From the NCBI GenBank assembly GCA_041908585.1, contig JAYRFB010000275.1, positions 1,222 through 65,221 of the forward strand: a stretch of DNA of 64,000 nt. The letters run 5' to 3'. This document shows, in pieces, positions 8,590 to 17,385 of this stretch. Below the pieces are notes generated by a model. The model saw nothing but the letters and a program-made list of their open reading frames with translations. It was not told the origin of the DNA and made no database searches. Both the position numbers and the translations under genes were made by a program. The DNA comes from Candidatus Krumholzibacteriia bacterium. GTDB taxonomy: Bacteria; Krumholzibacteriota; Krumholzibacteriia; LZORAL124-64-63. Numbering within the stretch: position 1 is the stretch's first letter; each line of letters opens with the position of its first letter.

Positions 8590-9974
8590 TCCGCGCCTCC
8601 GAGCCGCTCGCCGCGGCGGCTGTAGGTGATCTCCAGGCGCGGCCGCAGGCTGTCCGCGGACGCCGTGCCGAAGAACCGGAACTCCGCCAGGTAGAAGTCC
8701 GGGTCGACGGAGGTCAGGTCGTAGGTCGGGTACGCGTCCTCGCCGGCGGCAAGGACCAGCGCCCGCGGGCCCTCATAGACATTGTTGACGATCCGCTGCA
8801 CCAGCGTGGTCACGTCGAACGCGAGGTGTCGGACGCTGGCCGGATCCAGGCTCGTCTGCCCCGTGATCGCGTAGGTGGCCGAGGGCAGCTCGGACCGCTC
8901 CAGCGACGCCGGGACCGCGGCCAGCTCCAGCGAGTCGATCTCGGCGACCACCACCGCCTCCGTGTTGCCGAACGCGACGGACGTGTCGTTGGCCAGGCGC
9001 AGTACCGCGCGATTGACCAGCACGTCCTCCGGCAGCGCCGAGAAATCGAAGTCGAGCGCCGGGTACGAGCGCAGGCAGGTGCGCAGGACGAAGCCGGACG
9101 CGGGATCGGCCGGCAGCGCGCCCACCTCGTGGAACGTGGAGGTGTCGGCCACGGGCGGCAGCAGGTAGTTGGCGATCGTGTTGTCCTCGAACTCGATGAC
9201 CAGGTTCGGGGCCACGACCGTCCCCACCGCCACGTCGTCCAGTTCCGTGTAGCGCAGCAGCTCGCGCGCCGCGAAGCCGACGATGCCCTCGTCCGAGGCG
9301 TCGCCGAGCGAAATCATCAGCCCGACGACGGCGCCGCCCTCGAGCCACTCGAGGAGGTCGCCCTCGAACAGGCGCAGGAACGGCTCGCTGCCCTGCACGG
9401 GCTCGATGGCGTCCTGGTTGAGGATCGTCGTGCCGGCGGGCGGCACGGCGCCCGGATAGGTCGCGTAGAGCGTGCTGTCGAACGGCGCGGCGAGCTGGCG
9501 CACCTCGTAGTAGAGGTCGAGCGGCTGGCCGCTGGCGACGAACGTGGTGTCGCCGTCCTCGATCACGCGCCGCAGGCCGCTGTAGTGAGACAGCTTCGTC
9601 AGGCTCAGCTTGACGGACTTGATGTTCTCGGCCGTGAAGAGCTCCACCGGGTGGTCGTCGTCGCCGATGGCGCCGAAGTCGTAGTTCGCCAGGATGCGCG
9701 AGCTGGTGCCGTTGCGCCCGCCCAGGTACAGCACCTGCTGGCGGTGGACCGGCACGTCGTCGTCCGTGACGGCCACGGCGGCGTATGCGGTGACGTCGTC
9801 CGCCAGCAGCTCGATCAGGGACTCGTCCAGCCCGTCGTCCACCAGCCCCGCGCCCACGCGATTGGGCAGGTCGCTGGTGCAACCGGCCAGCCAGGCCGCG
9901 AGCCCCGTCGCCAGCAGCGCCGCCGCCAGGAGCGCGCCGGTCACCGATCTGTTCGTCCGCCCTCTGGTCAGCAC
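8586..9974 (-). CDS. lipoprotein, unknown function
   Basis: GTG start preceded by AGGAGG. N-terminus ..LLAAALLATGLAAWLAGC (lipobox). Asp-rich 462-aa protein, translationally coupled to the beta-barrel gene. Confidence 0.7.
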   Translation of the reverse strand: MLTRGRTNRSVTGALLAAALLATGLAAWLAGCTSDLPNRVGAGLVDDGLDESLIELLADDVTAYAAVAVTDDDVPVHRQQVLYLGGRNGTSSRILANYDFGAIGDDDHPVELFTAENIKSVKLSLTKLSHYSGLRRVIEDGDTTFVASGQPLDLYYEVRQLAAPFDSTLYATYPGAVPPAGTTILNQDAIEPVQGSEPFLRLFEGDLLEWLEGGAVVGLMISLGDASDEGIVGFAARELLRYTELDDVAVGTVVAPNLVIEFEDNTIANYLLPPVADTSTFHEVGALPADPASGFVLRTCLRSYPALDFDFSALPEDVLVNRAVLRLANDTSVAFGNTEAVVVAEIDSLELAAVPASLERSELPSATYAITGQTSLDPASVRHLAFDVTTLVQRIVNNVYEGPRALVLAAGEDAYPTYDLTSVDPDFYLAEFRFFGTASADSLRPRLEITYSRRGERLGGAE

Positions 9975-9990
9975 GTGGCCTCCTGCCCCG

Positions 9991-10401
9991 TCATTCGCCG
10001 CCCGCCGAGCGGGCCGAAAGACTGATGCGTGTGAATCCGCTCTGCCTGATCACGTCGATCAGGCGCACGACGTCCCCGTGCTGTGAACCGGCGTCCGCGC
10101 GCAGGACCATGCGGTCCTCGCCCGTGTCCGACTTCATCTGCGCCAGCAGCGGCGGCAGCTCCGCCTCCGCAACCTGCCGTTCGTCCAGGAAGATGCGCCC
10201 GTCGCCGGTCAGGTAGAGGATCGCCGGCGTATCGACCGCCTCCTCCGCCGTGGCCGATCGCGGCAGCACCACGGTCACGGCCGGCTGCCGCCGGAAGCTG
10301 GAGGTCACCAGCAGGAAGATCAGCATCAGGAACATCACGTCGATGAGCGACGTGACGTTCAGCACGAGGCTGCGCCCCTTCCTCGGCGTCCGGAAGTTCA
10401 C
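9991..10401 (-). CDS. exbD: biopolymer transporter ExbD/TolR
   Basis: MNFRTPRKGRSLVLNVTSLIDVMFLMLIFLLV.. matches the canonical ExbD/TolR N-terminus. GTGA overlap with exbB. Confidence 0.88.
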   Translation of the reverse strand: MNFRTPRKGRSLVLNVTSLIDVMFLMLIFLLVTSSFRRQPAVTVVLPRSATAEEAVDTPAILYLTGDGRIFLDERQVAEAELPPLLAQMKSDTGEDRMVLRADAGSQHGDVVRLIDVIRQSGFTRISLSARSAGGE

Positions 10402-11039
10402 GCCCGCCCCGTCCGCTCATCGACCGCGGCGCGACGCCGGCGCAGCGCATCCAGCAGCCTGGAGGCATAGGTCTCCAGCTCGAAGATGACGCGGTCCGCG
10501 CGGGCGTTGAGCCAGTTGTAGGCGACCAGCGCCGGGATGCCGATGAACAGGCCGGCGGCCGTCGTCACCATGGCCTCGCTGATGCCGCCGGACAGGGCTT
10601 CGGGATCGCCGATGCCCGCGTTCGAGACTGCCGCGAAGATGCGGATCATGCCCAGCACCGTGCCCAGCAGGCCGAGCAGCGGCGACACCGCGGCGACCGT
10701 CTCGAGCACGCCGAGCCGTCGCGTCAGCAGCGTCGCCTCTCGCCGTCCCGCCTCCTGGAGCACGTCCCGGATCACCGTCCAGTCGCTCTCGGCATGGTCG
10801 AGCCCGGCGCGGACGATGTTGGCGAACGGGCCCGGTCGCCCCTGGCAGAGCGCATAGGCCACCGACAGGTCGGGACCGCTGTCTAGCGTGTCCACCGCGG
10901 CGGCGATCTCGGGGACGATGATGCGGCCGCGCCGCAGCACGATCAGCCGCTCGATGATCACGGCCAGGCCGACCAGCGAAGCCGCGCCGATCGGGACCAT
11001 CATCGAGCGTCCGGCCAGGATCCAGTGCCACAAGTCCAT
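10398..11039 (-). CDS. exbB: MotA/TolQ/ExbB proton-channel protein
   Basis: Three TM segments. ..LETVAAVSPLLGLLGTVLGMIRIF.. and ..SEAMVTTAAGLFIGIPALVAYN.. signatures. Confidence 0.88.
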   Translation of the reverse strand: MDLWHWILAGRSMMVPIGAASLVGLAVIIERLIVLRRGRIIVPEIAAAVDTLDSGPDLSVAYALCQGRPGPFANIVRAGLDHAESDWTVIRDVLQEAGRREATLLTRRLGVLETVAAVSPLLGLLGTVLGMIRIFAAVSNAGIGDPEALSGGISEAMVTTAAGLFIGIPALVAYNWLNARADRVIFELETYASRLLDALRRRRAAVDERTGRA

Positions 11040-11082
11040 GTGCGACCTTTCGTGCCGGCGCGCGGGGGCGCCGACCGCCGCT

Positions 11083-12219
11083 TCAGCGAAGCGGCTCAGG
11101 ATAAGCCATCGTCAGCCGTATCTCAAGATGCGGCAGCGGGAAATGCGACGGCAACGGCGCGAACGGCGACGAGGACAGCAACGCCGCCCGCGACGCGTTG
11201 TGGAGGGACTCGTGACCGTCGGTCTCGAGGATCTCCGCCAGGCTGACGCGGCCGTCGCGCTCGACGACGACGCGCAGGACCGTCTTGCCCGAGATCAGCC
11301 CGAGCCGCCGGCCCTCCGGCACCACCCAGTTGCGCATCAGGGTGTTGCCGAAGGCCTGCATCCACGGCGCGTAGTTCCACTCCCAGGTGTTGAGGCTGAA
11401 GTCGCCCACCCGCGCCACGCCGCTGGTCTGCGGCCCGGTCGCGTCCTGGTCGTAGTCGATGCCCCGGTCGCCTGGCGAGCCGCGATCGGCCCGCTGCAGC
11501 ACCGAGGGCGCGGTGGTGCCCCCCCACCAGTCCTCCAGGGGCTTCGGCGAGGCCGCCGGCGATTCCTCGCGCGCAGGCTCGGGCTCGGCGTCCTCCTGCC
11601 TGGGCACGGGGAGCGCGCCCTGCTCCTGTGCCGCCAGGTCGCGCGTGCGCTTGCGCTCCTGCTCGCGCTCCGCGCGCTCGCGCTGCGCGGCGGCGGCGGC
11701 CTCGGCGGGCGTCGGCTCGCGGAGCGGCTGCTGCGGGACCGTCGCCGCCTCGGCCGCCAGGTTCACGCCCGGCGCATTGGCCAGGTCCTCGCGGCGCAAC
11801 GCGACCTGCGGCGACTCGGCCGCGCGCGGCGCGTTGGGCTGCAACGCGTCGGCGCCAACGGTCGGGTTCGCCGCCAGCGAGTGGTACATCGCCAGGTACT
11901 GCGGCTGGTCGGGATCATCCTCGGGCGGCGTCTCGCTGGCCAGCCGCTCCGGGATGGAGGTGAAGATGCGCTCCCGCTCCCGCTCCGCCTCCGCGGCCGG
12001 ATCGTCGGCGGTCGGCGGCCGGTCCGGCTCCAGCGCGATCTCGACCTCCGTGGCGCGGCGCTCGCCGGCGGTCGGCGACAGGTTCACCGGCACGCGCTGG
12101 AAGACCACAACGCCCAGCAGGTGCAGGACCAGCGAGACGACGAAGGCCGTGAGCAGGACGCGCCGCTCGCCGGGGTCATCCCCGGGCCCGGCAGCCATCC
12201 CCCGGCGGGTCGCCGTCAT
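11083..12219 (-). CDS. TonB/TolA-like energy transducer
   Basis: ORF 11083..12354, start placed at ATG 12219. One N-terminal TM (LLTAFVVSLVLHLLGVVVF), a long Pro/Glu/Ala/Arg linker and a TonB-C-like end ..GKTVLRVVVERDGRVSLAEILETDGHESLHNASRAALLSSSPFAPLP.. Confidence 0.75.
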   Translation of the reverse strand: MTATRRGMAAGPGDDPGERRVLLTAFVVSLVLHLLGVVVFQRVPVNLSPTAGERRATEVEIALEPDRPPTADDPAAEAERERERIFTSIPERLASETPPEDDPDQPQYLAMYHSLAANPTVGADALQPNAPRAAESPQVALRREDLANAPGVNLAAEAATVPQQPLREPTPAEAAAAAQRERAEREQERKRTRDLAAQEQGALPVPRQEDAEPEPAREESPAASPKPLEDWWGGTTAPSVLQRADRGSPGDRGIDYDQDATGPQTSGVARVGDFSLNTWEWNYAPWMQAFGNTLMRNWVVPEGRRLGLISGKTVLRVVVERDGRVSLAEILETDGHESLHNASRAALLSSSPFAPLPSHFPLPHLEIRLTMAYPEPLR

Positions 12220-12277
12220 CGCCACGTGCCAGCTCCCTGGTTCCGGGCGGACGGGACGCCCGCCCGCGGAACGCGAA

Positions 12278-12307
12278 ATGTTACGGCAAGCCGCCGGGCA
12301 TTGCCAA
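12278..12307 (-). promoter_or_regulatory. candidate promoter of the tonB-exbBD cluster (TTGGCA-18-TAACAT)
   Basis: Minus strand reads GTGTTGGCAATGCCCGGCGGCTTGCCGTAACATTTCG. Motif match only. Confidence 0.35.
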
Positions 12308-12384
12308 CACGGGTTGACGCACCGGGTCGCCGGGCCGATCGTGGTCCGGCGCACCGCCGCCGATGCGGGCGCGAAAGGCCGTCC

Positions 12385-13335
12385 ATGGATCCCGGTGATC
12401 GCTTCCTGAGCCTGCTGCCGGCGGACCTGCGGGGGTCCGTGCGTCGCGGCCTGCCGCTGGCCGGGCTCACGACGCTCCAGGTGGGGGGCCCGGCGGCGCT
12501 GGTCTGTCCCGTGCTGAACGCGCAGCAGGCGCTGAGGTTCCAGCAGGCGGCGATCGATTCAGGATCGCCGTGGTGCGTGCTCGGGGGCGGCAGCAACGTG
12601 CTGGCGGATGATCGCGGCTTCGGCGGCGCCGTGCTGCGCCTCGAGGCAGCCGGGATGCGGTTCCGCGGCGACACGGTCGACGTCGAGGCCGGCGCGTCCT
12701 TCGACGACCTGGTGGCCGCGAGCCTGGGCGCGGGATGGTGCGGGCTGGAATTCGCCTCCGGGATCCCGGGGACGATCGGCGGTGCCCTTGCCGGCAACGC
12801 CGGCTGCTACGGCAGCGAGATCCGTGACCTGGTGGAAGAGGTCACCGTGCTGACCCCCGCCGGCCGACTGGAGCGGCGCGGCCCGGCCGAGTGCGGCTTC
12901 CGATACCGCGGCTCGGCCCTCCGTGACGGCGGCGACGTCATCCTGTCGGCCGTGCTGCGCCTGCGCCGTGGCGACCTGGCGGCGGCCGCGGCCGAGCGCG
13001 AGGCCCACCTGGCCGACCGGCGCGCCAAGCACCCGGTGACCGAGCCCAGCGCCGGCAGCTGGTTCCGCAACCTCGAGCCGCTGGAGCCCGGCGGGCGCCG
13101 CCAGGCGGCCGGGCAGCTTCTCGAGCAGGCCGGCGCCAAGGGGATGCGCGAGGGCGGGGCGGCGGTCTTTCCGCGCCACGCCAACATCATCGTGAACGTT
13201 GGCCACGCGCGCAGCGACGAGGTGCTCCGGCTGGCTGCGCGCATGCGCGAGGCCGTGCGCGAGCGATTCGGCGTCGAGCTCCAGGAAGAGGTCCGCTACC
13301 TCGATCCGGAAGCGCCGTCGGGCCGACTCATTTGA
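12385..13335 (+). CDS. murB: UDP-N-acetylenolpyruvoylglucosamine reductase MurB
   Basis: In-frame ATG 12385 inside ORF 10888..13335. ..LTTLQVGGPAALV..VLGGGSNVL..GIPGTIGGALAGNAGCYG..PSAGSWFRN.. motifs. Confidence 0.88.
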   Translation: MDPGDRFLSLLPADLRGSVRRGLPLAGLTTLQVGGPAALVCPVLNAQQALRFQQAAIDSGSPWCVLGGGSNVLADDRGFGGAVLRLEAAGMRFRGDTVDVEAGASFDDLVAASLGAGWCGLEFASGIPGTIGGALAGNAGCYGSEIRDLVEEVTVLTPAGRLERRGPAECGFRYRGSALRDGGDVILSAVLRLRRGDLAAAAAEREAHLADRRAKHPVTEPSAGSWFRNLEPLEPGGRRQAAGQLLEQAGAKGMREGGAAVFPRHANIIVNVGHARSDEVLRLAARMREAVRERFGVELQEEVRYLDPEAPSGRLI

Positions 13336-16117
13336 CCAGCACCAGGCGCGAGGTCGCGCTGCCGCCGGGCCCGGCCACGCGCAGCAGGTAGATCCCCGCC
13401 GGAGCCGCGCGACCGCCCGCACGGCCGTCCCACGCCACCTCGTGCTCGCCGGCAGGCAGGTCACCCTCCAGCAGGACCGCCAGACGCCGCCCGGCCAGGT
13501 CATGCACCGTCACCACCGCCGGCCCGCCGCCGGGCAGGTTGAAGACCGCGTGGAAGAGCGGGTTGCCCGGGTTGGGCCAGGGGCCGGCGGCCCAGGCTGG
13601 CCGACCCGGCCCGGTGAACGCCGCGCCCGCGCACGGGGCCGGCACGGCCTCGGTGCGGGATTCGCCTTCGCCTCCGGGCGTCGTCACGACCAGTCGCAAC
13701 TCCTGCAGCGGCCCCCAGGCCGCCAGCGCCGCCGCGTCCAGTTCCAGGTCCCACGCCGTGGCCGTGGCCGCCAGGCGGCCGGCTTGCGCGCCGCCGGCGT
13801 CGGCGAGCGGTCGCCAGGCTGCGCCGGCCCGCGCCTCGAGCCGCCAGGCAGCCCCCGGCTCCGGCGACACGCGCACGTGCAGGCTGCCGCGGACGCAGTC
13901 CGCGCGCAGTGCCTGCGGCGCCAGGGCCACGGTGGTCGGGTCCAGGTTCAGGTGCGCGACACCGAGCGCAAGCGCACCGTCGAGCGCCAGCAGGTCGGGC
14001 GTCTCGTCGACATTGAGGTCGGCCACCGCGAACTCGAGCACGTCACCGGTCGTGCGCAGCGGCACCGACAGGTCCTGGCTCCACGGCAGGATGCCCAGGT
14101 AGATCTCGAAGCGCCCGAGCTGGCGCAGGCAGACCACGATGTCACCGTGGTCGTCGTCGTCGAGATCGCCGATGTGCAGCCCGGTCGGCTCGGCGTCCAA
14201 TGCGTGGGACCCGGTCCGGCGCACGAGCGCCCCGTCACCCTGGTTCTCGAAGGCGACCAGCGAGCGGTCCGTCCGGCAGGCCACGACCACGTCGCGGTCC
14301 AGGTCGCCGTCGAGGTCGCCCACCGCCAGCAGCGTGGCGCCGTTGCCGGCATTGAGCCACTGGCCGGGCGCAAACGAGCGGGCCCCCAGGTTGAGGCGCC
14401 ACCAGAGGCGACTGCCCCCGTCCACGGCCACGACTTCCAGGTCGCCGTCGCCATCGAGGTCCGGCAGCCGTACCTCCAGGGCCGGCAGCGAGAAGTCCAC
14501 GACCTGGGGCGACGCGAAGCTGCCGCCTCCCAGCCCGTACAGGAGCTGGATGCCGGCGCCACCGGCCGGCAGCACGGCCAGGTCCAGCCACCCGTCGCCG
14601 TCGATGTCGCCTGCCTCGATCCGCGACGGGAAAGAGCCGAGCGGCGTGCGGGAGAGCTCCCGATAGGTGCCGCCCGGTTCGCGGTCCAGCACCACGACCG
14701 CGAACGCGCCGGCGTCGAGCACGGCGATCTCCGCTTCCGCATCAGCGTCGACCTGCAACGGCACCAGGCGGCCGTTCGCGAAGCCCGGATCGATGGGGAC
14801 CGCGATGGTCGCCAGCGAGCCACCCGCCGTCGCCGCGTACAGCGACAACCCCGTGCCCAGGGCCGAAGCGACCATGACGTCCGGGCGGGCATCCCCGTCG
14901 AAGTCGGCGTGGGCCAGGCCGCCCGGCAGCTCGTCGATCGCGATCGTCGGCAGGCCCCAGAAGCCCGGCCCCGGCCGCGCAAGCATGAGCGTCAGGACGG
15001 AGGCGTCCTTGCCCACGGAGGCCACGTCCCGCCTCCCGTCGCCGTCGGCGTCGAACGAGACGGCTGCCAGCGGGCGGCAGCCGGGATAGTAGGCGGCGTG
15101 CCATTGCCAGGTGCCCCCGCCGCGGCTCGCGAACTCGACGGCGCCGCGGTCGGCGTTGAGCGCCAGCAGCGCCGGCGAGCCGTCGGCGAGCGTCCAGGTC
15201 AGCAGGTCGGGCGCCGGGACGGCCAGGGCCAGCGAACCCAGCGGGACCAGGTCCTCGCCCACGGCGCCGAGGAAATCCACGCGCGCCACGTCGCGATCGG
15301 CCACGACCAGCTCGTCGCGCCCATCCCCGTCTCCATCGTAGGCCGCCGGCATGCCGGCGGTCAGACCGGGTACGCGCGCGGTGCGGGTCGCGACCGAGGC
15401 GTCCGCTGCGCGCGCCATGATGCACAGGTCCCCGGACAGGCGGCCGCGCTGCGCCACCACGGCTTCCGGCCGTCCGTCGCCGTCCAGGTCGGCGGAACAC
15501 GTGCCATACGGTTCGTCCCCCACCGCGATCTCGTCGAGCTGGCGCCAGCCGGCGCGATCGGCCAGGACCACCACCCGGTCGACGCCGGGCAGCGTGACGG
15601 CCAGCCAGGGGTCGCCTGCCGGCACGTCGCCGAACCAGGCCATCTGGCCCGGGTCCTCCTCCAGCGGAACGGTCGCCTGCAGGGACAGGTAGGGGAAGCT
15701 GGCGCCGAGGCGCACGAAGTGGACCTGGTCGGGATCCGCCGTCGCCACCACGATGCCGCTCTCGGCGACCGGCAATCCGACCCACGGCCGGGCCTGCACG
15801 GGGCGTCCCTGCAGCAGCAGCAGGCCCAGCGTCTGGAAGTTGCCGTTCAAAGGCTCGTAGCGTATCAGCGACAGGGTGCCGGATTGCAGGCCGACCACCA
15901 GGTCCTCGGTCGCGCGGCCCGGCAGGCGCACCGCGACCACGGAGGATCCCGGTTGCGACAGGGTCAGCGAACGCGGACCCGGGAACTCCACGGCCCCCCG
16001 CGCGGCTCCTGCCGCCAGGCAGAGGCAGCAGGCCGCGAACAACGCCGGCAGGGGAGCGGTCGCCCGCCCCGGGTGCGGATCGGGCCGGGCGGGACAGCGG
16101 CTGGGCAGGATCCTCAT
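13328..16117 (-). CDS. FG-GAP/VCBS-repeat protein with T9SS-type (FlgD-Ig-like) C-terminal sorting domain
   Basis: ORF 13328..16165, start at ATG 16117 with GAGGAG upstream. Many DxDGDGxxD/FG-GAP repeats (..DLDGDGDLEVV.., ..DIDGDGWLDLAV..). The last 80 aa or so, ..WPNPGNPLFHAVFNLPGGGPAVVTVHDLAGRRLAVLLEGDLPAGEHEVAWDGR..GIYLLRV..LVLVK, match the Por-secretion-tail pattern. Confidence 0.8.
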   Translation of the reverse strand: MRILPSRCPARPDPHPGRATAPLPALFAACCLCLAAGAARGAVEFPGPRSLTLSQPGSSVVAVRLPGRATEDLVVGLQSGTLSLIRYEPLNGNFQTLGLLLLQGRPVQARPWVGLPVAESGIVVATADPDQVHFVRLGASFPYLSLQATVPLEEDPGQMAWFGDVPAGDPWLAVTLPGVDRVVVLADRAGWRQLDEIAVGDEPYGTCSADLDGDGRPEAVVAQRGRLSGDLCIMARAADASVATRTARVPGLTAGMPAAYDGDGDGRDELVVADRDVARVDFLGAVGEDLVPLGSLALAVPAPDLLTWTLADGSPALLALNADRGAVEFASRGGGTWQWHAAYYPGCRPLAAVSFDADGDGRRDVASVGKDASVLTLMLARPGPGFWGLPTIAIDELPGGLAHADFDGDARPDVMVASALGTGLSLYAATAGGSLATIAVPIDPGFANGRLVPLQVDADAEAEIAVLDAGAFAVVVLDREPGGTYRELSRTPLGSFPSRIEAGDIDGDGWLDLAVLPAGGAGIQLLYGLGGGSFASPQVVDFSLPALEVRLPDLDGDGDLEVVAVDGGSRLWWRLNLGARSFAPGQWLNAGNGATLLAVGDLDGDLDRDVVVACRTDRSLVAFENQGDGALVRRTGSHALDAEPTGLHIGDLDDDDHGDIVVCLRQLGRFEIYLGILPWSQDLSVPLRTTGDVLEFAVADLNVDETPDLLALDGALALGVAHLNLDPTTVALAPQALRADCVRGSLHVRVSPEPGAAWRLEARAGAAWRPLADAGGAQAGRLAATATAWDLELDAAALAAWGPLQELRLVVTTPGGEGESRTEAVPAPCAGAAFTGPGRPAWAAGPWPNPGNPLFHAVFNLPGGGPAVVTVHDLAGRRLAVLLEGDLPAGEHEVAWDGRAGGRAAPAGIYLLRVAGPGGSATSRLVLVK

Positions 16118-16152
16118 CGTCGGCAGATCTCCTCGTCGGGGTCGCCGACTGC

Positions 16153-16181
16153 AGTATAGGGACAACCCGGCCGGCGGACAA
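16153..16181 (-). promoter_or_regulatory. candidate promoter of the FG-GAP gene (TTGTCC-17-TATACT)
   Basis: Minus strand reads GATTGTCCGCCGGCCGGGTTGTCCCTATACTGCAG, about 30 nt upstream of the start codon. Confidence 0.4.
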
Positions 16182-16291
16182 TCAGCGCCCCGTTAGGGGT
16201 TGACACCTCGCTCCCCGCGCCTGAAATTAAGCCGACGTCCTGATTGCCAGCCCCGCCGGTACCCCGGGCAACGTCCCGCACAGGAGCCTGC

Positions 16292-17287
16292 ATGTCGGTC
16301 AAGAGCATTCTGGCAGCGCTTTGCGTCCTTGTCGCCGGCTCCGTCGGCGCGACCGCCCAGGCCCAGACCCCGGCAGCCGCCCCCGAGGGCACCCCCGCGA
16401 CGCAGCCGACCCGGATCTTCAAGCTGCAGCACGAGACGGCAACGGCCGCGCAGGACCTCGAGGTCGATGACGAGGCGGAGGCGTGGATCCCGGCGATCCG
16501 TCCCGGCTCGATCGAGCTGAGCATGTCGCTGGGCTTCATGAACCTGTCGGGCGTGCTGCTCGAGCACGGGCAGATGATCTACCGCTACACCACGGACTCC
16601 ACCTACTGGGGCGATGTCTCGATCAAGGCCCAGACCGCCTTCAACCCCGTGGTGCGCATCGGCTACACGGTCAAGCCCTGGCTGACGCTGGAAGGTTACG
16701 CCGGACTCTCGTTCTCCGAGTACAAGACCACGGTGACCGATCGTTACATCCGCAAGAACGCCGAGGACGCCACGCCCGAGTCGTTCAATCCATACTCCGA
16801 CCAGTCGCTGGATCCCGAGGAAGCGCGCGAGCTCGAGGAAGCGGACCAGCTGGCCTGGGAAGAGCGGTCGCTGATCACGCTCCAGGGTGGCCTGAGCGTG
16901 CTGGTCTACCCGCTGAACTTCGGCGACTCGGGGAACGGGCGCTGGCACCCGTACCTCCTCGGCCAGGTCGGCGCCGTGTCCTACGACATGAACTCGAACT
17001 TCACCGCGGGCACCGCCGGCAGTGGCGATATCGCCTTCGGCGGCGGCCTGCGCCTGCTGGCCGATCGCAACGTGAGCCTCCGCGTGGAGGCCGCGTACCA
17101 CACCAACTCCATCGAGTTCAAGCCGTCGGAGTACTTCGTCGAGACGAACGCCGGCGCCACGCGCGTGCGGCTGATGGAATACCCGCGGATCGAGGGCGGC
17201 GGCTTCAACGAGCAGCCGGTGGCCGACTTCGCCTCGGAGGACCTGAGCTACCTCTCCTGGTCGCTCGGCTTCCAGGGCACGTTCTAG
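16292..17287 (+). CDS. outer-membrane beta-barrel protein (OmpA-barrel/OmpW-like size class), unknown function
   Basis: ATG 16292 preceded by CAGGAG. Signal peptide MSVKSILAALCVLVAGSVGATAQA. Ends ..LSWSLGFQGTF (C-terminal Phe). Confidence 0.7.
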   Translation: MSVKSILAALCVLVAGSVGATAQAQTPAAAPEGTPATQPTRIFKLQHETATAAQDLEVDDEAEAWIPAIRPGSIELSMSLGFMNLSGVLLEHGQMIYRYTTDSTYWGDVSIKAQTAFNPVVRIGYTVKPWLTLEGYAGLSFSEYKTTVTDRYIRKNAEDATPESFNPYSDQSLDPEEARELEEADQLAWEERSLITLQGGLSVLVYPLNFGDSGNGRWHPYLLGQVGAVSYDMNSNFTAGTAGSGDIAFGGGLRLLADRNVSLRVEAAYHTNSIEFKPSEYFVETNAGATRVRLMEYPRIEGGGFNEQPVADFASEDLSYLSWSLGFQGTF

Positions 17288-17315
17288 CCGCGCCCTTCCG
17301 CGCGCGGCGACAGAT

Positions 17316-17347
17316 GGCGGCGGGCGCCCCCGGGGTGGCCCGCCGCC
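17316..17347 (+). terminator. GC-rich hairpin between convergent genes
   Basis: GGCGGCGGGC-(12 nt)-GCCCGCCGCC followed by GGTCGTTTCGG. The T-tract is weak. Confidence 0.35.
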
Positions 17348-17385
17348 GGTCGTTTCGGGCGGACGCCGGACGGGGAGGTGTCCGC

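Noticed and set aside
13199-16159. 986-aa plus-strand ORF covering the same DNA as the FG-GAP gene.
   Set aside because: The product is an Arg/Gly/Ala/Pro/His-rich low-complexity string with no motifs. It lies antisense to a gene with clear repeats, a signal peptide and a secretion tail. This is the typical stop-codon-poor artefact of very GC-rich DNA.
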